This document shows, one piece after another, positions 25,114 through 38,081 of a stretch of DNA of 64,000 nt. Source of the DNA: Heterodontus francisci. Lineage: Eukaryota. Position numbers and translations under genes: made by a program. The DNA is taken from assembly GCF_036365525.1 (NCBI RefSeq), contig NC_090375.1, positions 77,171,402 to 77,235,401 on the forward strand. The letters are read 5' to 3'. A model generated the notes under the pieces. That model saw nothing but the letters and a program-made list of their open reading frames with translations, did not search any database and had not been told where the DNA came from. How positions within the stretch are numbered: the stretch's first letter is position 1; every line of letters starts with the position of its first letter.

Positions 25114-26631
25114 TATAATAAAAACAAAATACTGCAGATGCTGTAAATACTAAGCAATTAATGCTTCAGGTCAGTGACCCCTCCTCAGAACTAACAAATA
25201 TTAGAAATGTAAAAGATTTTAAGCAAGTAAAGCGGGAGGTGGGGCAAGAGATAACAAAAGAGGTGATGATAGGACAAGTTCAAAGAGAATAACTGACCAG
25301 AAGGTCATGGAACAAAGGCAAGCGGTATGTTAATGGCGTGCTGAAAGACAAAGCACTAGTACAGAGAGGGTGTGAACTGACTGTAAAGCACAAAGCACTC
25401 CAAGCAAATACATAAAAAAAAATTTTTTTAAACAGAAACTGTGGGTAGGCACAGTAGAAACAAACTAACCAAACAAAAAAAACTAAAATAACCAAATAAA
25501 AAACAAAAAAAAAAAGAATAACTAACCATAAAAAGGGGGGCCCATCATGCTCTGAAATTATTGAATTCAACGTTCAGTCCGGCAGGCTGTAGTGTGCCTA
25601 ATCGGTAAATGAGATGCTGTTCCTCAAGCTGACGTTGATGTTCACTGGAAAACTGCAGCAATTCCAGGACAGGGATGTGAGCATGAGAGGGGATGGGGGG
25701 GTGGGGGGGCAGTGTGTTGAAATGGCAAGCAACCGGAAGCTTGGGGTCATGCTTACGGACTGAGAGGAGGTGTTCCGCAAAGCAGACACCCAACCTGCAT
25801 TTGGTCTCCCCAATGTAGAGGAGACCACATTGTGAGCAGTGAATACAGGATACTAAATTGAACGAAGTACAAGTAAATCGCTGCTTCACCTGAAACGAGT
25901 GTTTGAGCCTTGGATAGTGAGGAGAGAGGAGGTAAATGGGCAGGTATTACACCTCCCTCGATTGCAGGGGAAGGTGCCGTGGGAAGGGGATGAGGTGGTG
26001 GGGATAATGGAGAAGTGGACGAGGGTGTCATGGAGGGAATGATCTCTTCGGAATGCTGACAGGGGAAGGAAGGGGAAGATGCGTTTGGTAGTAGCATCAC
26101 GCTGGATGTGGCGTAAGTGGCGGAGGATGATCCTTTGGTTCTGGAGGCTGGTGGGGTGGAAAATGAGGACAAGGGGAACCCTGTCACGGTTCTGGGAGGG
26201 AGTGGAAGGGCTGAGGGTAGAAGTGCAGGAAAGGGGCCGAACACGGTTGAGGGCCCAGTCAGCCACAGTGGGGGAGACTCATCGGTTGAGGAAAAGGGAA
26301 AACATATCAGAAGCACTGTCGTGGAAGGTAGCATCATCAGAGCAGATGCGTCGGAGACGGAAGAAGTGGGAGAATGAGATGGAGTCCTTACAGGAGGCAG
26401 GGTGTGAAGAAGTGTAGTCGAGGTAGCTGTGGGAGTCGGTGGGCTTATAATGGATATTGGTAGACAGCCTATCCCCGGAGATGGAGACAGAGAAGTCGAG
26501 GAAGGGAAGTGTCAGAGATGGACCTTGTGAAGGTGAGAGAAGGGTGGAAATTAGAAGCAAAGTTGATAAAGTTTTCTAGTTCCAGGCGGGAGCAGGAAAC
26601 GGCACCGATAGTCATTACAATTACAATTACC
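25114..26631 (-). mobile_element. Penelope-like element, 5'-truncated (RT C-terminus, GIY-YIG, terminal repeat)
   Basis: LPFLDFSV...YKPTDSHSYLDYTSSHP...RLRRICSD, RVPLVL, CNTCPF, CSQCGLLYIGET. Flanked by AATATTACA (25105-25113 / 26632-26640). Confidence 0.93.
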
Positions 26632-27349
26632 AATATTACAATTGGACCCTACATCCAAATCATTTATATAGATTGTAAACAGCTGTGGCCCAAGCACTGA
26701 TCCTTGTGATATCCCACTAGTAACAGCCTGCCATCCTGAAAATGACCTGTTTATTCCTACTCTCTGCTTCCCGTCTGGTAACTAATTGTCAATCCATGCC
26801 AGTATATTCCCCCCAATCCCATGCGCTCTAATTTAGTTTACTAACCACCTGTGAGAGACATTATCAAAAGCCTTCTGAAAATTGAAATACACCACATCCA
26901 CTAGAAACTCCGACAGGTTTGTTAAACATGATTTCCCTTTCATAAATCGATATTGACCATTATTTTTTTACGTGTCCTGTTATCACATCCTTTATAATAG
27001 ATTCTAACATTTTTCTTACTACTGATGTCAAACAGGTCTGTAGTTCTCCATTCTCCCTCCCCTCTTAAATAGTATCCCTCAAAAAATATCATCGAACCTT
27101 TTGCATTTTTAGTATCGTCTAGTAGAATATGTAGCCACATCACACTCTTCCACTGTGCCCATTACAGTTAAAGTTGCTGTCAGGCTGAAAGTTTAATATT
27201 ACTTTCCACAGCAAATCTTATCAACACACCCTATCTGTATGATCTGTTTTCAGTTCTGGAAGAACTGTCTGTATGACAACACTGATTGCATCAGGACCTA
27301 CATTTGGGTAGCCATGTCATGATCCTTTTGCTACTCACTATTAAAGACA

Positions 27350-27660
27350 ATGGAATTGCTAGCTCTGTAAACAATGCACCAGTCACTTGTTTCATTGATC
27401 TGTGGGCACAAATTAGCTGATACCTTGATCGTCGCTATACTGGCCTGGAAAGAGGCAGAGGCATAACAGGGGGATGTAATGTTGACAGAGTGCTCATTAG
27501 GTTGGATGTTGGCTGCAATTATCCTTACATCAATGGTACAGCTCTGCAACAGTCTGTGTTTTCTAGATGGTGTACTAGGGCCTATAGTTGTGACCGATGA
27601 CATAATGGTGGGTAAGGACAGTCTTGACCTGGTGTCTGCTACTCTTCATTGGGCTGCCAC
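27350..27660 (+). pseudogene. Highly degraded retropepsin-like aspartic protease
   Basis: Manual translation VNNAPVTCFIDLWAQIS (compare VNGxPVxxFxDSGAQxS) and downstream, in another frame, DDIMVGKDSLDLV (compare DxIxGxDxL). Confidence 0.45.
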
Positions 27661-27724
27661 ATTGACTGTCTTGATCTGCAAGCATAAAACTCTGTGCTAG
27701 GAGCGTTTTGAAAGCTAACACCAT

Positions 27725-28140
27725 GGCCAGAATTTACGCCCCACACAGGAGCAGGCTGGAAGCAGTAGGGTGCCATTCACGTCGCCTTCCCGCATCAATT
27801 TTATGAGGGGTGGCGGTGACAAGAAAGGGCCTGCCGTCCCAGGCCAATTAAGGCCCTGAAGTGACCAATTAACTGCCACTTAAGGCCTCCTCTCGCTGCC
27901 ACTGGGCAGGTGGCTCAGGACCCCCAGGAGGCCGCCCAGTAAAATCTGGTGGCCTCCTTGCAGTCTGGGGTGGCCCTCCTGATCAGGCACCCATGCCCCA
28001 TGGAGGGCACCCCCCTCAACCACCCTCACTGAATTATATTTCCCCCCACCCTGCCCCCCGCCGATTGTCCCCGGCAAGGCCCCACAGACTTACCTGTTTT
28101 CCAGGACCGGTGTCCCTCTTGCTCTTCTCCCTGGTTGCAT
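27725..28140. mobile_element. Harbinger-type MITE fragment
   Basis: Starts GGCCAGAATTT like the Harbinger TIR at 38526-38543. Contains GGCCAATTAAGGCC...CAATTAACTGCCACTTAAGGCC subterminal motif similar to 38375-38410 and 53320-53340. Confidence 0.55.
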
Positions 28141-29044
28141 TTACTACAATGCTCTTGTTAATATGTATTCACAATTCATGTTGAATTGAGCAATGCAAAG
28201 TAGAAAAGACCACGATGTGTTATGTGCACGGGACTTAACAATGTCAGTGAAGTATCACTATTTTGTTCCATTCATCCACTTACTGATTGTTGGGCCATTT
28301 ATGGCCACTTGTAAATCTATCCTATAATCGTTATCTTACTGGAAATTAGCCATAATGATGAGGAGTGATATTTTCCATTTTGAAGTGCACCTTTTTTATT
28401 ATTGGGAAATCTATTTAAGGATTCATTTTGCAGGGCAGTACTAAACTGAAAAAAAAAGTCTGAAAAGAAAAAAGGATCACACTATAAGAAGTCACAGTTA
28501 GGTGATTCCAAACTTCAGTTTTCAAAGCGCTTGGATTTTAGGGGCCAGGGAAGATTGCAGGAGATAAGACGTTCTGCACTTTTGGTGCATCACTTCGCCC
28601 AACAGTATTCAAACCAAGTTAGAGAAGTCCAGAGATCCTATTTACCTGATTTGGAATGCTCACATGGGACCTATTCCACTTGTCTAAGCTGAGAGCCTGG
28701 TTCCAGGTTGGCAAGAGCCAAGGGTTAGGGACTCCCAAACATATGCTGAAGTTTGATCAGAAAACACAGTATAGCCTCCCACTTGTTTCTCCAACCAGAA
28801 CCCCCCATGCAGAGTTGAATGTGATTACATGGACCTGCTTGGAAAGAATATTGTGCTGGAGCAGAAGACAGTGCAATGTGTCTTTATTTCAGCACAGAAT
28901 GGATGCAGCTTTGAAGGAGCAATTTTTTTTTTGGTGGGGTGGGTGGGGGGGGGGGGGGGGGGTAGGGGAACAAGCAGAAACTTTGTGCATCATTTTCCTT
29001 GTGTCGATGTCATGTGCTTTATTGTTTTATGTTATTTCACTGTG

Positions 29045-30056
29045 ATTGTACGCAACAAAGGTTTGCTAATTATGACACTGCTGGAAATCAAGCAGATAAG
29101 TGCATTTCAGATCCACCTCTGGATGGAACACATAAAGCACCATTAGATCCTGCTTGCCTCTCCCGCGAATGCAAGGATAACCCACGGCTTCTCCTCCACT
29201 ACAAATCATCATCTTCAACGCCTCTCCCTTGCCTCCTCCACCCTCAAGTGTGAGGAGCTCATGCGTTTCTTTGTCACTAAGATTGAGACCATCCATTTAG
29301 CTGCCTCTGCCACAACACTCCCTTTCTTTAACCCACTGGGTCAAACTTCTCCTTTATTCCCACTTTTGTTTTTGAGTTTCTCTCCTATATTCCTTCATTC
29401 CCACTCCGAGCCTATCTTGTCCATGAGACTCAACTGCTCCCTCGACCATATTCTCACCAAATGACTGACCACTCAACTTCCTTTCCTGGCCCATGTTAGC
29501 TAATATAATTAATTGTTCCCACTCTTCAGGCACTATTTCCCATCACTTTGAATCTGCCATCATCACCTCACTCCACAAAAACCTCAGCCTTGGCCCCTCA
29601 CATCTTGCATACAGCCTCACATACTGCCCCATCTCCAATCTCCCTTTCCTTGCCAACATCCTTGAATGTGTTGCCACCTTCCAAATCCATGCCCATCTTT
29701 CCCGCAACTCCATATTTGAATCTCTTCAATCAGGCTTCTGCCCTGCCACATACTGAAACATCCCTGATCAAAGTTACAAATTTCATTCTATGTGAATGTC
29801 ATCATAGTAAACTATCCTTTCTCATCCTTCTGGATGACCACACCATCCTCCATCATCGCCCCTGCTCCGCTGTCCAGCTGGGTGCGACTACCCATGTTTG
29901 GTTCCATTCCTATCTATCAAGCATCACCTGCAATGGTGTCTCTTCCCACTCCTGCATTGTTACCTCTGGAGTCCCTAAGGATCTATGCTTGACCCCCTCC
30001 TATTTATCTGCATGCTGCCCTCCGGCGACATCATCCAAAAACACGAGAGGTTCCAC
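29045..30056 (+). mobile_element. L2 LINE RT fragment (left part, continues at 38544)
   Basis: CEELMRFFVTKIETI, LANIINCS, CPISNLPFLANILE, FESLQSGF, TETSLIKVTN, SGVP. Confidence 0.85.
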
Positions 30057-30254
30057 TGCCGGGATTTTACCAGCAGCAATTAAGTTCTGATGTCAGGACC
30101 GAAACTAGGTGGTGTGGCTGCACAGGTGGGGAGTGTAAGTGGAAGCACGATATTTGCAGGGATGTCCAATTCACGGACGGCAGGCATGGGAGCTGGCCTG
30201 TAAAGAGGTGCAGATGGGAGGAAGTACCAGCTCAGGTAGGGCTGGCTGCAAATG

Positions 30255-33200
30255 TAAAAAGGCAGTGAGCAGTATTTTTAAAGGCAGCAGCCCTGGAGGG
30301 AACAGCGAGGGAGCCCTGGAAACAGCAGAGATAGTGACAGTAGTGATAATGGATAGTGATTGGTGGACAGGCGCTTCTGTGGACGTGAAAAAGACTCCAG
30401 GATGGGATGTTGCCTCCCTGGTGCCAGGGTCAAGGATGTCTCTGAATGGACAGGGGGCATTCTGAAGGGGGAGGGTGAACAGCCAGAGGTTGTGGTACAC
30501 ATCGGTACCAACGACATAGGCAGGAAGAGTGACGAGGTCCTGCAGGGGGAGTTTAGGGAGTCAGGTAGAAAGTTAAAAGACAGGACCTCTAGGGTTGTAA
30601 TCTCGGGATAACTCCCTGTGCCACGTGCCAGTGAGGCTAGAAATAGGACGATAGTGCAGCTAAACACGTGGCTGGTGTAGGAGGGAGGGTTTCAGATATC
30701 TGGATCATTGGGATCTCTTCAGGGACAGGTGGGACCTGTACAGGAAGGACGAGTTGCATCTAAACTGGAGGGGCACAAATATCCTGGCTGCGAGGTTTGC
30801 AAGCGTCACTCGGGAGGGCTTAAACAAGTGTGGCAGGGGGGTGGGAACCAGAGCAGTAGGGCAGCAGGTGAAATAACTGAGAGGGAACTAGTAAATAAGG
30901 CCAGTAAGACTAAGAGGAAGAGCAGGCAGGGAGATGTTGCGGAGCAGAGCAGGACTGGTGGAATGAAGTGCATTTATTTCAATGCAAAAAGTATAACAGG
31001 TAAGGGAGATGAACTTAGAGCTTGGATTAGTACTTGGAACTATGATGTTGTTGCTATTACAGAGACTTGGTTGAGGGAAGGACAGGATTGGCAGCTAAAT
31101 GTTCCAGGATTTAGAAGCTTCAGGCGGGATAGAGGGGTATGTAAAAGGGGTGGGGGAGTTTCATTACTGGTCAAGGAGAATATCACAGCTGTACTGCGGA
31201 AGGACACCTCGGAGGGGTCATGCAGTGAGGCAATATGGGTGGAGCTCAGGAATAGGAAGGGTGCAGTCACGATGTTGGGGGTTTACTACAGGCCTCCCAA
31301 CAGCTAGAGGGAGGTAGAGGAGCAGATATGCAGACAGGTTTTGGAAAGATGTAAAAGGTAACAGGGTTGTGATGGTGGGTGATTTTAACTTCCCCTATAT
31401 TGACTGGGACTCACTTAGTGCTGGGGGCTTGGATGGGGAAGAATTTGTGAGGAGCATCCAGGAGGGCTTCTTGAAACAGTATGTAGATAGTCCAACTAGG
31501 GATGGGGCCGTACTGGACCTGGTATTGGGGAATGAGCCCGGCCAGGTGGCCGAAGTCTCAGTAGGGGAGCATTTCGGGAACAGTGACCATAATCCCGTAA
31601 GTTTTAAGGTACTTGTGGATAAAGAGAAGAGTAGTCCTAGGGTGAAGGTGCTAAATTGGGGGAAGGCTAATTATAACAATATTAGGCAGGAACTGAAGAA
31701 TTTAGATTGGGGGCGGCTGTTTGAGGGTAAATCAACATCTGACATGTGGGAGTCTTTCAAACGTCAGCTGATTAGAATCCAGGACCAGCATGTTCCTGTG
31801 AGGAAGTAAGACAACTTTGGCAAGTTTCGGGAAGCTTGGATAACGCGGGATATTGTGAGCCTAGTCAAAAAGAAAAAGGAAGCATTTGTAAGGACTGGAA
31901 GGCTAGGAACAGACGAATCCCTTGATGAATATAAAGAAAGTGGGAAGGAACTTAAGCAAGGAGTCAGGAGGACTAAAAGGGGTCATGAAAAGTCATTGGC
32001 AAACAGGATTAAGGAGAATCCCAAGGCTTTTTATCCATATATAAAGAGCAAGAGGATAACCAAGGAAAGGGTTGGCCCACTCAAGGACAGAGGAGGGAAT
32101 CTATGTGTGGAGCCAGAGGAAATGGGCGAGGTACTAAATGAGTACTTTGCATCAGTATTCACCAAAGAGAAGGACTTGGTGGATGATGGGGAAGAGAGTA
32201 TGGATAGTCTGGGTCATGTCGTTATCAAAAAGGAGGTGGTGTTGGGCGTCTTGCAAAGCATTAAGGTAGATAAGTCCCCAGGGCCTGATGGGATCTACTC
32301 CAGAATACTGAGGGAGGCAAGGGAAGAAATTGCTGGGGCCTTGACAGAAATCTTTGCATCCTCATTGGCTACAGGTGAGGTCCCAGAGGACTGGAGAACA
32401 GCCAATGTTGTTCCTTTGTTTAAGAAGGGTAGCAAGGATAATCCAGGAAATTATCGGCCAGTGAGCCTTACGTCAGTGGGAGGGAAATTATTACAGAGGA
32501 TTCTTCGGGACAGGATTTACTCCCATTTGGAAACAAATAGACTTATTAGCGAGAGAAGCAGCATGGTTTTGTGAAGGGGAGGTCGTGTCTCACTAACTTG
32601 ATTGAGTTTTTTGAGGAAGTGGCGAAGATGATTGATGAAGGAAGGGTAGTGGATGTTGTCTACATGGACTTCAATAAAGCCTTTGACAAGGTCCCGCATG
32701 GCAGACTGGTACAAAAGGTGAAGTCACATGGGATCAGAGGTGAGGTGGCAAGCTGGATACAGAACTGGCTCGGTCATAGAAGACAGTGGAAGCAGTGGCT
32801 TTTCTGAATGGAGGGCTGTGACTTGTGGTGTTCCGCAGGGATCAGTGCTGGGACCTTTGCTGTTCGTATTATATATAAATGGTTTGGAGGAAATGTAGCT
32901 GTCTGATTATTAAGTTTGCGGATAGTGATGAGGATTGTCAGAGGATACAGCAGGATATAGATCGGTTGGAGACTTGGGCGGAGAAATGGCAGATGGAGTT
33001 TAATCCGGACAAATGTGAGGTAATGCATTTTGGAAGATCTAATATAGGTGGGAAGTATACAGTAAGTGGCAGAACCCTTAGGAGTATTGACAGGCAGAGA
33101 GATCTGGGCATAAAAGGTCCTCAGGTCACTGAAAGTGGCAACGCAGGTGGATAAAGTAGTCAAGAAGGCATACGGCATGCTTGCCTTCATCGGTCGGGGC

Positions 33201-33756
33201 ATAGAGTATAAAAATTGGCAAGTCATGCTGCAGCTGTACAGAACCTTAGTGAGGCGACACTTAGAATATTGCGTGCAATTCTGGTCGCCACAGTATCAGA
33301 AGGACGAGGAGGCTTTGGAGAGGGTACAGAGGAGGTTTACCAGGATGTTGCCTGGTCTGGAGGGCATTAGCTACGAGGAGAGGTTGAATAAACTCAGATT
33401 GTTTTCACTGGAATGACGGAGGTGGAGGGGCGACATGATCGAGGTTTACAAAGTTATAAGTGGCATGGACAGGGGACATAGGTTTAAGGTTCGAGGGGCA
33501 AAGTTTAGAGGGGATGTGCGAGGCAAGTTCTTTACACAGAGGGTGGAGAGTGCCTGGAACTTGCTGCCGGGGGAGGTGGTGGAAGCAGGTACGATAGCGA
33601 CGTTTAAGAGGCATCTTGACAAATACATGAATAGGATGGAAATAGAGGGATATGGTCCCCGGAAGTGCAGAAGGTTTTAGTTTAGACAGGCATCAAGATC
33701 GGCGCAGGCCTGGAGGGCCGAATAGCCTGTTCTTGTGCTGTACTGTTCTTTGTTCT
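30255..33756 (+). mobile_element. CR1 LINE, 5'-truncated in ORF1, inserted at the Harbinger Myb-gene start
   Basis: CLPGARV...VVHIGTNDI, APE 30708-31809, RT 31855-33680, tail TGTTCTTTGTTCT. ATG duplicated at 30252-30254 / 33757-33759. Confidence 0.93.
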
Positions 33757-33978
33757 ATGACAGAACGCAGAGCAAATGTGGCATCCAGGTTCAGAGTGTT
33801 CTCCTTGGAGGTGCTCCTCCAGGTTGTACAGGCTCAGAGGGAAGTCCTGCTCCCTTGGGATACGAGGAGACTGGCTCATCAAACCAAACAGGCATGGATG
33901 GAGATAGCAGAGGAAGTGAACAGCATGGAGTGGTCCCACGTACTTGGCTGCAGTGTCAAAAGAGGATTCGTGACCTGA
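33757..33978 (+). pseudogene. Harbinger Myb/SANT-like DNA-binding protein, first exon (remainder about 35600-36600)
   Basis: MTERRANVASRF...LEVLLQVV...REVL...TKQAWMEIAEEVNS plus frameshifted RTWLQCQKR. Coiled coil QKMLELQREVQEHLVELSEAM at about 35990. Confidence 0.8.
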
Positions 33979-34469
33979 TGTGTTCTTGCAGCCTTAAATG
34001 TAACTAAAGATAAGTATATAATTAGAGAAGTGGGTGCCCACCCAGTTAGCGGCAATGCCCAGCATTCAGCACTGGCTGTCAGATGCACGCTAGCCTCTCT
34101 GAGGATACCACCAGTCAGGCAGAGTTGACCCCTGCACAGCCAGTACTGACTTGCCGCATGCAGGAGGCATCACTGTGGCGCCATGATGGACAGTCAGGCT
34201 GTCACCAACATCGGTGTCCTGTGTGTCTTTGATGGGCGAGTAACAATGGAAATTTGTGTGATTGCAAAACAGAGTTCACAATGCTCGGGAAAGATAAAGA
34301 ACTGGAGGCAATGTGCCATATGCAGCGATCCTCACACCTATGGAGCAAGAAGCGCTGGAGCTGGGAGGCATGGAGGCATGATGGGAAGGTGGGTATGGAG
34401 GCCCAAGAGCACTAGTGGCTTATGGATGGGTGCAAAAGACCCTATGGTGAGCACTCGGTATAGTGTTCA

Positions 34470-35603
34470 TTTTTTTAAATTGGATCATGGGATGTGGGTG
34501 TCACTGGCTAGGCCAACATTTATTGCCCACCCCTAATTGCCCTTGGGAAGGTGGTGGTGAGCTGCCTTCTTGAACTGCTGCAGTCCATGAGGGGCACGTA
34601 CACCCACAGTGCTGTTAGGAAAAGAGTTCCAGGATTTTGACCCAGTGACAGTGAAGGAAGGGTAATATAGTTCCAAGTCAGGATGGTGTGTGGCTTGGAG
34701 GGGAACTGGCAGGTGGTGGTGTTTCCATGCAGCTGCTGCTCTTGCTCTTCTAGGTGGTAGAGATCGTAGGTTTGGAAGGTGTTGTCTAAAGAGCCTTGGT
34801 GCATTGCATCTTGTGGATGGTACACACTGCTGCCACTGTGCGTCGGTGGTGGAGGGAGTGAATGTTTGTAGATGCCAATCAAGCGGGCTGCTTCGTCCTG
34901 GATGGCGTCAAGCTTCTTGAGTGGGAGCTGCACCCATCCAGGCAAGTGAAGCGTATTGCATTACATTCCTGACTTGTGCCTTGTAGATGGTGGACAGACA
35001 TTGGGGAGTCAAGAGGTGAGTTACTCGCCGCAGGATTCCTAGCCTCTGACCTGCTCTTGTAGCTACGGTATTTATATGACTACTCCAGTTCAGTTTCTGG
35101 TCAATGGTAGCCCCTAGGATGTTGATAGTGGGAGATTCAGTGATCATAATGCCACTGAATACCAAGGGGAGATTGTTAGATCCTCTTGCTGGAGATGGTC
35201 ATTGCCTGGCACTTGTGTGGCATGAATGCTACTTGCAACTTATCAGCCCAAGCCTGGATATTGTCCAGGTCTTGCTGCATTTCTACACGGACTGCTTCAG
35301 TATCTGAGGAGTCATGAATGGTGCTGAACATTGTGCAATCATCAGCAAACATCCCCACTTCTGACCTTATGATTGAAGAAATGTCATTGATGAAGCAGCT
35401 GAAGATGGTTGGGCCTAGGACACTACCCTAAGGAACTCCTGCAGCGACGTCCTGGAGCTCAGATGATTGACCTCCAACAACCACAGCCGTCTTCCTTGTG
35501 CTCGGTATGACTCCAACCAACGGAGAGTTTCCCCCCTGATTCCCATTGACTCCAGTTTTGCTTGGGCTCCTTGATGCCATACTTGGTCAAATGCTGCCTT
35601 GAT
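34470..35603 (-). mobile_element. 5'-truncated copy of the 14036-type LINE
   Basis: DIKAAFDQVWH, MFADDCTMF, ITESPTINILG, and the same GGCAATTAGGG...CACATCCCATGA tail. Confidence 0.9.
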
Positions 35604-36935
35604 ATCTGTGCACCACTGGGCACATAGAGCACCAGATGATGAGTTGTCAGAAGGACATGTTGGAACATGAATTGTCCTGTCATTCCTCTCTCTCCCGCAG
35701 GTCATTGGCAAGAGCGGCCAGCTGCTGAGCCTGTGGGACAGCCTTCCACCTCGGAGGGGGAGGAGGAAAAGGAGACCTCAAGGAGGTGCACCATCACATC
35801 ATTTACCCACACCCTCCATCGGCACAGTTACTCTCACATTGGTGGGTAGTCATGCACAACTAGCAACAGAGTTACACCTAAGCAGCTGAAGGAGGCAGTA
35901 ACAGTTGAGGCCACTCCCATTGTGAATTGTGGGTGGGCCTGGCAGTGCTCCGCCTCGGACTGATGACATGCCTCTGGACACAACAAGGCAGAAAATGCTG
36001 GAGCTGCAGCGTGAGGTGCAGGAACATCTGGTGGAGCTTTCAGAGGCTATGCACACCCATGCAAAAGCAATGGATGAGTCCATCCAGGCCATGAGTGCAA
36101 TGACTCTAGCATGTGTGTGCATATCATCCTCCATCGAGGGGCAACCCTCACTGAGAGCCACATCCAGCAAACCACCCAGTGGATGCCATGCCATCACCTC
36201 CTCCATGAGCTCTGTGGAGCAATGGCTGGGCAATTGGGTGACAAGACGCCTGGAGTCATCTCCAGGTCCTCGACCTCTTTAGGTGAGCAGGGAGGGACAA
36301 GCGCACCCAAAGGGAAGAGAAAGGCTGCCTGAAGCACCTGGGAGCTCCTTTCAGGACATTGCTGATGTGGATGATGGGTCCTCAGCCCCACTGATGGTGA
36401 TACGAATGCCTCAGGAAGCTGCGATGACAAGGTGGCTCCTGCACCTGTGCAGGAGGCCCGCGTTGTACCTGGGCCTTCAAGGCATCAGGCAACCAGAGGA
36501 CAACAGCCACAGCTATCGATTGCCATGGAGCAGAAAGGTCAGCAGCCTGCCTCCACCTTAGCTGACAATGCAGGGGGAACACCACTTAGGAACACCCACA
36601 AGTCTGAGAAAGTCCACTTAGCTACATTTCTGTTTCACTGGGTTAAATTATGTATTTAGATATCGCCTTGCTGTTTATTAGTCTATAATGAATTCTGATA
36701 TGCTGCACCACTGCGAGATTCCTTCAGTTATTTATACACTACTGGCCCATTAACAGATAGATGGCTCTCACAGGGGTATGATGGGAAGGAGCACACCAAA
36801 TGTGGTCAATGCATTTCACATGCTGTGGCCTCATGTGATGTCGGGTCAGGGATATGGCAAGGACATTCAAGGAAAGGGCAACAGAACTATAGAAGGAGGA
36901 GGATTTTTTTGAATGGTGATAAGGAAGGCTCTGTA

Positions 36936-38081
36936 TTAGTGAGTCATGAGCCTCCCTTGCATGTATCTCATTGTGCCTTTCCTGCAGTTTCTCAGGATCT
37001 TCATCATATTGCACCTGTTCACCATCCCCTCCATATCCTCAACCTCGGAGGAGGCATCGCATTCTAGGATGCATTCATTGTGTAAAGCTTCACCCTTCTG
37101 TAGCACCAGGTTGTGCAGAGCACAGCACACCACAACAATATGCGAGACCCTTGCTGTGGCATATTGAAGGGCTCCAGCAGATCTATTCAGGCATCTGAAC
37201 CACATCTTCACAAGCTCTATGACCTGCTCGATGATCATTCGAGTTGTGACGTGGCAGCTGTTGTACTTCTCCTCTGCACCTATGCTTGGGTTCCGCAGAG
37301 GCTTAAGCAGCCATCTCTTCAGTAGGTAGCTCTCATCACCTGTATCCATCTTTGAAGGGGCATGGGGGCCTGGAAAGGTTGGGCACCTGGGACTACCTTT
37401 GTATGTAGGTGCCTGGACAGCTTCCCTAGAACCTTGGACACACCTGAAGGATCCGTTTATGGTGGTCGCAGATCAGTTGTACATTGAGCGAGTGGAAGCC
37501 CCTCTTGTTGATGAAGGCTGCTGCCCGGTCTGTGGGAGACTTGATGGCCACATGCTTCTAGTTGATGACACCCTGCGCCTGGGGGAATCCAGCAATGGCC
37601 TTGAATTATATGGCCCTCTCAGCTTGACCGTCCAGATCAGTCCGACCTGGACCGGCCTTCTTGAGCATGACATCTTGATGCAGTGATGAGCCACATACTG
37701 GGAGATCCCACAGATAGCCCCAGAAGATTCCTGGAATGACCTGAGGCATAGAAATTCAGCACCATAGTGACCTTCAATGCCACAGGCAAACACACAGCTC
37801 GGTGACCACCACTCTGGAGAGGCAGTCTTTGGCGACACTGCTGCTCAGACATTTGCAGGAAGCAGAGCCTCTGATGGTTAACCCTCTCTGGCGGGTGCTG
37901 CCTTCTGCACGCAAGAGGCTGGTTGCATATCCCTCTGCACCCTTCTAGCCTCATGATCCTGGTGCCCCTCTGGGTGCTGCTGCCCCGCTCCCAATAGCTG
38001 CAGCTGTCTTCTTCTCTGATGCTCCTCCTCACTGGAGGTCTGAAGGCTTGATTGAATGAGGCCAATCACAAATTGCTGCAC
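36936..38081 (-). pseudogene. Harbinger (HARBI1-like) DDE transposase, frameshifted
   Basis: PVALKVTMVLNFYASG, GAICGISQ, GDESYLLKRWLLKPLRNP...YNSCHVTTRMIIEQ...FRCL...LQY...VVCCALHN. Confidence 0.9.

Larger units (their letters stand above)
13630..27075 (-). mobile_element. Old CR1 3' half, fragmented into 13630-14035, 17016-17246, about 24855-25113 and 26632-27075 by nested insertions
   Basis: Fragments are collinear on minus strand (LGLYSLEFRRMRGD..., RT core) and rejoin across AATCT and AATATTACA duplications. Confidence 0.85.

Noticed and set aside
36936-38081. Host HARBI1 gene
   Set aside because: Frameshifted, enclosed by TIRs with a Myb partner, and inserted in an L2. It is a transposon copy, not the domesticated gene.
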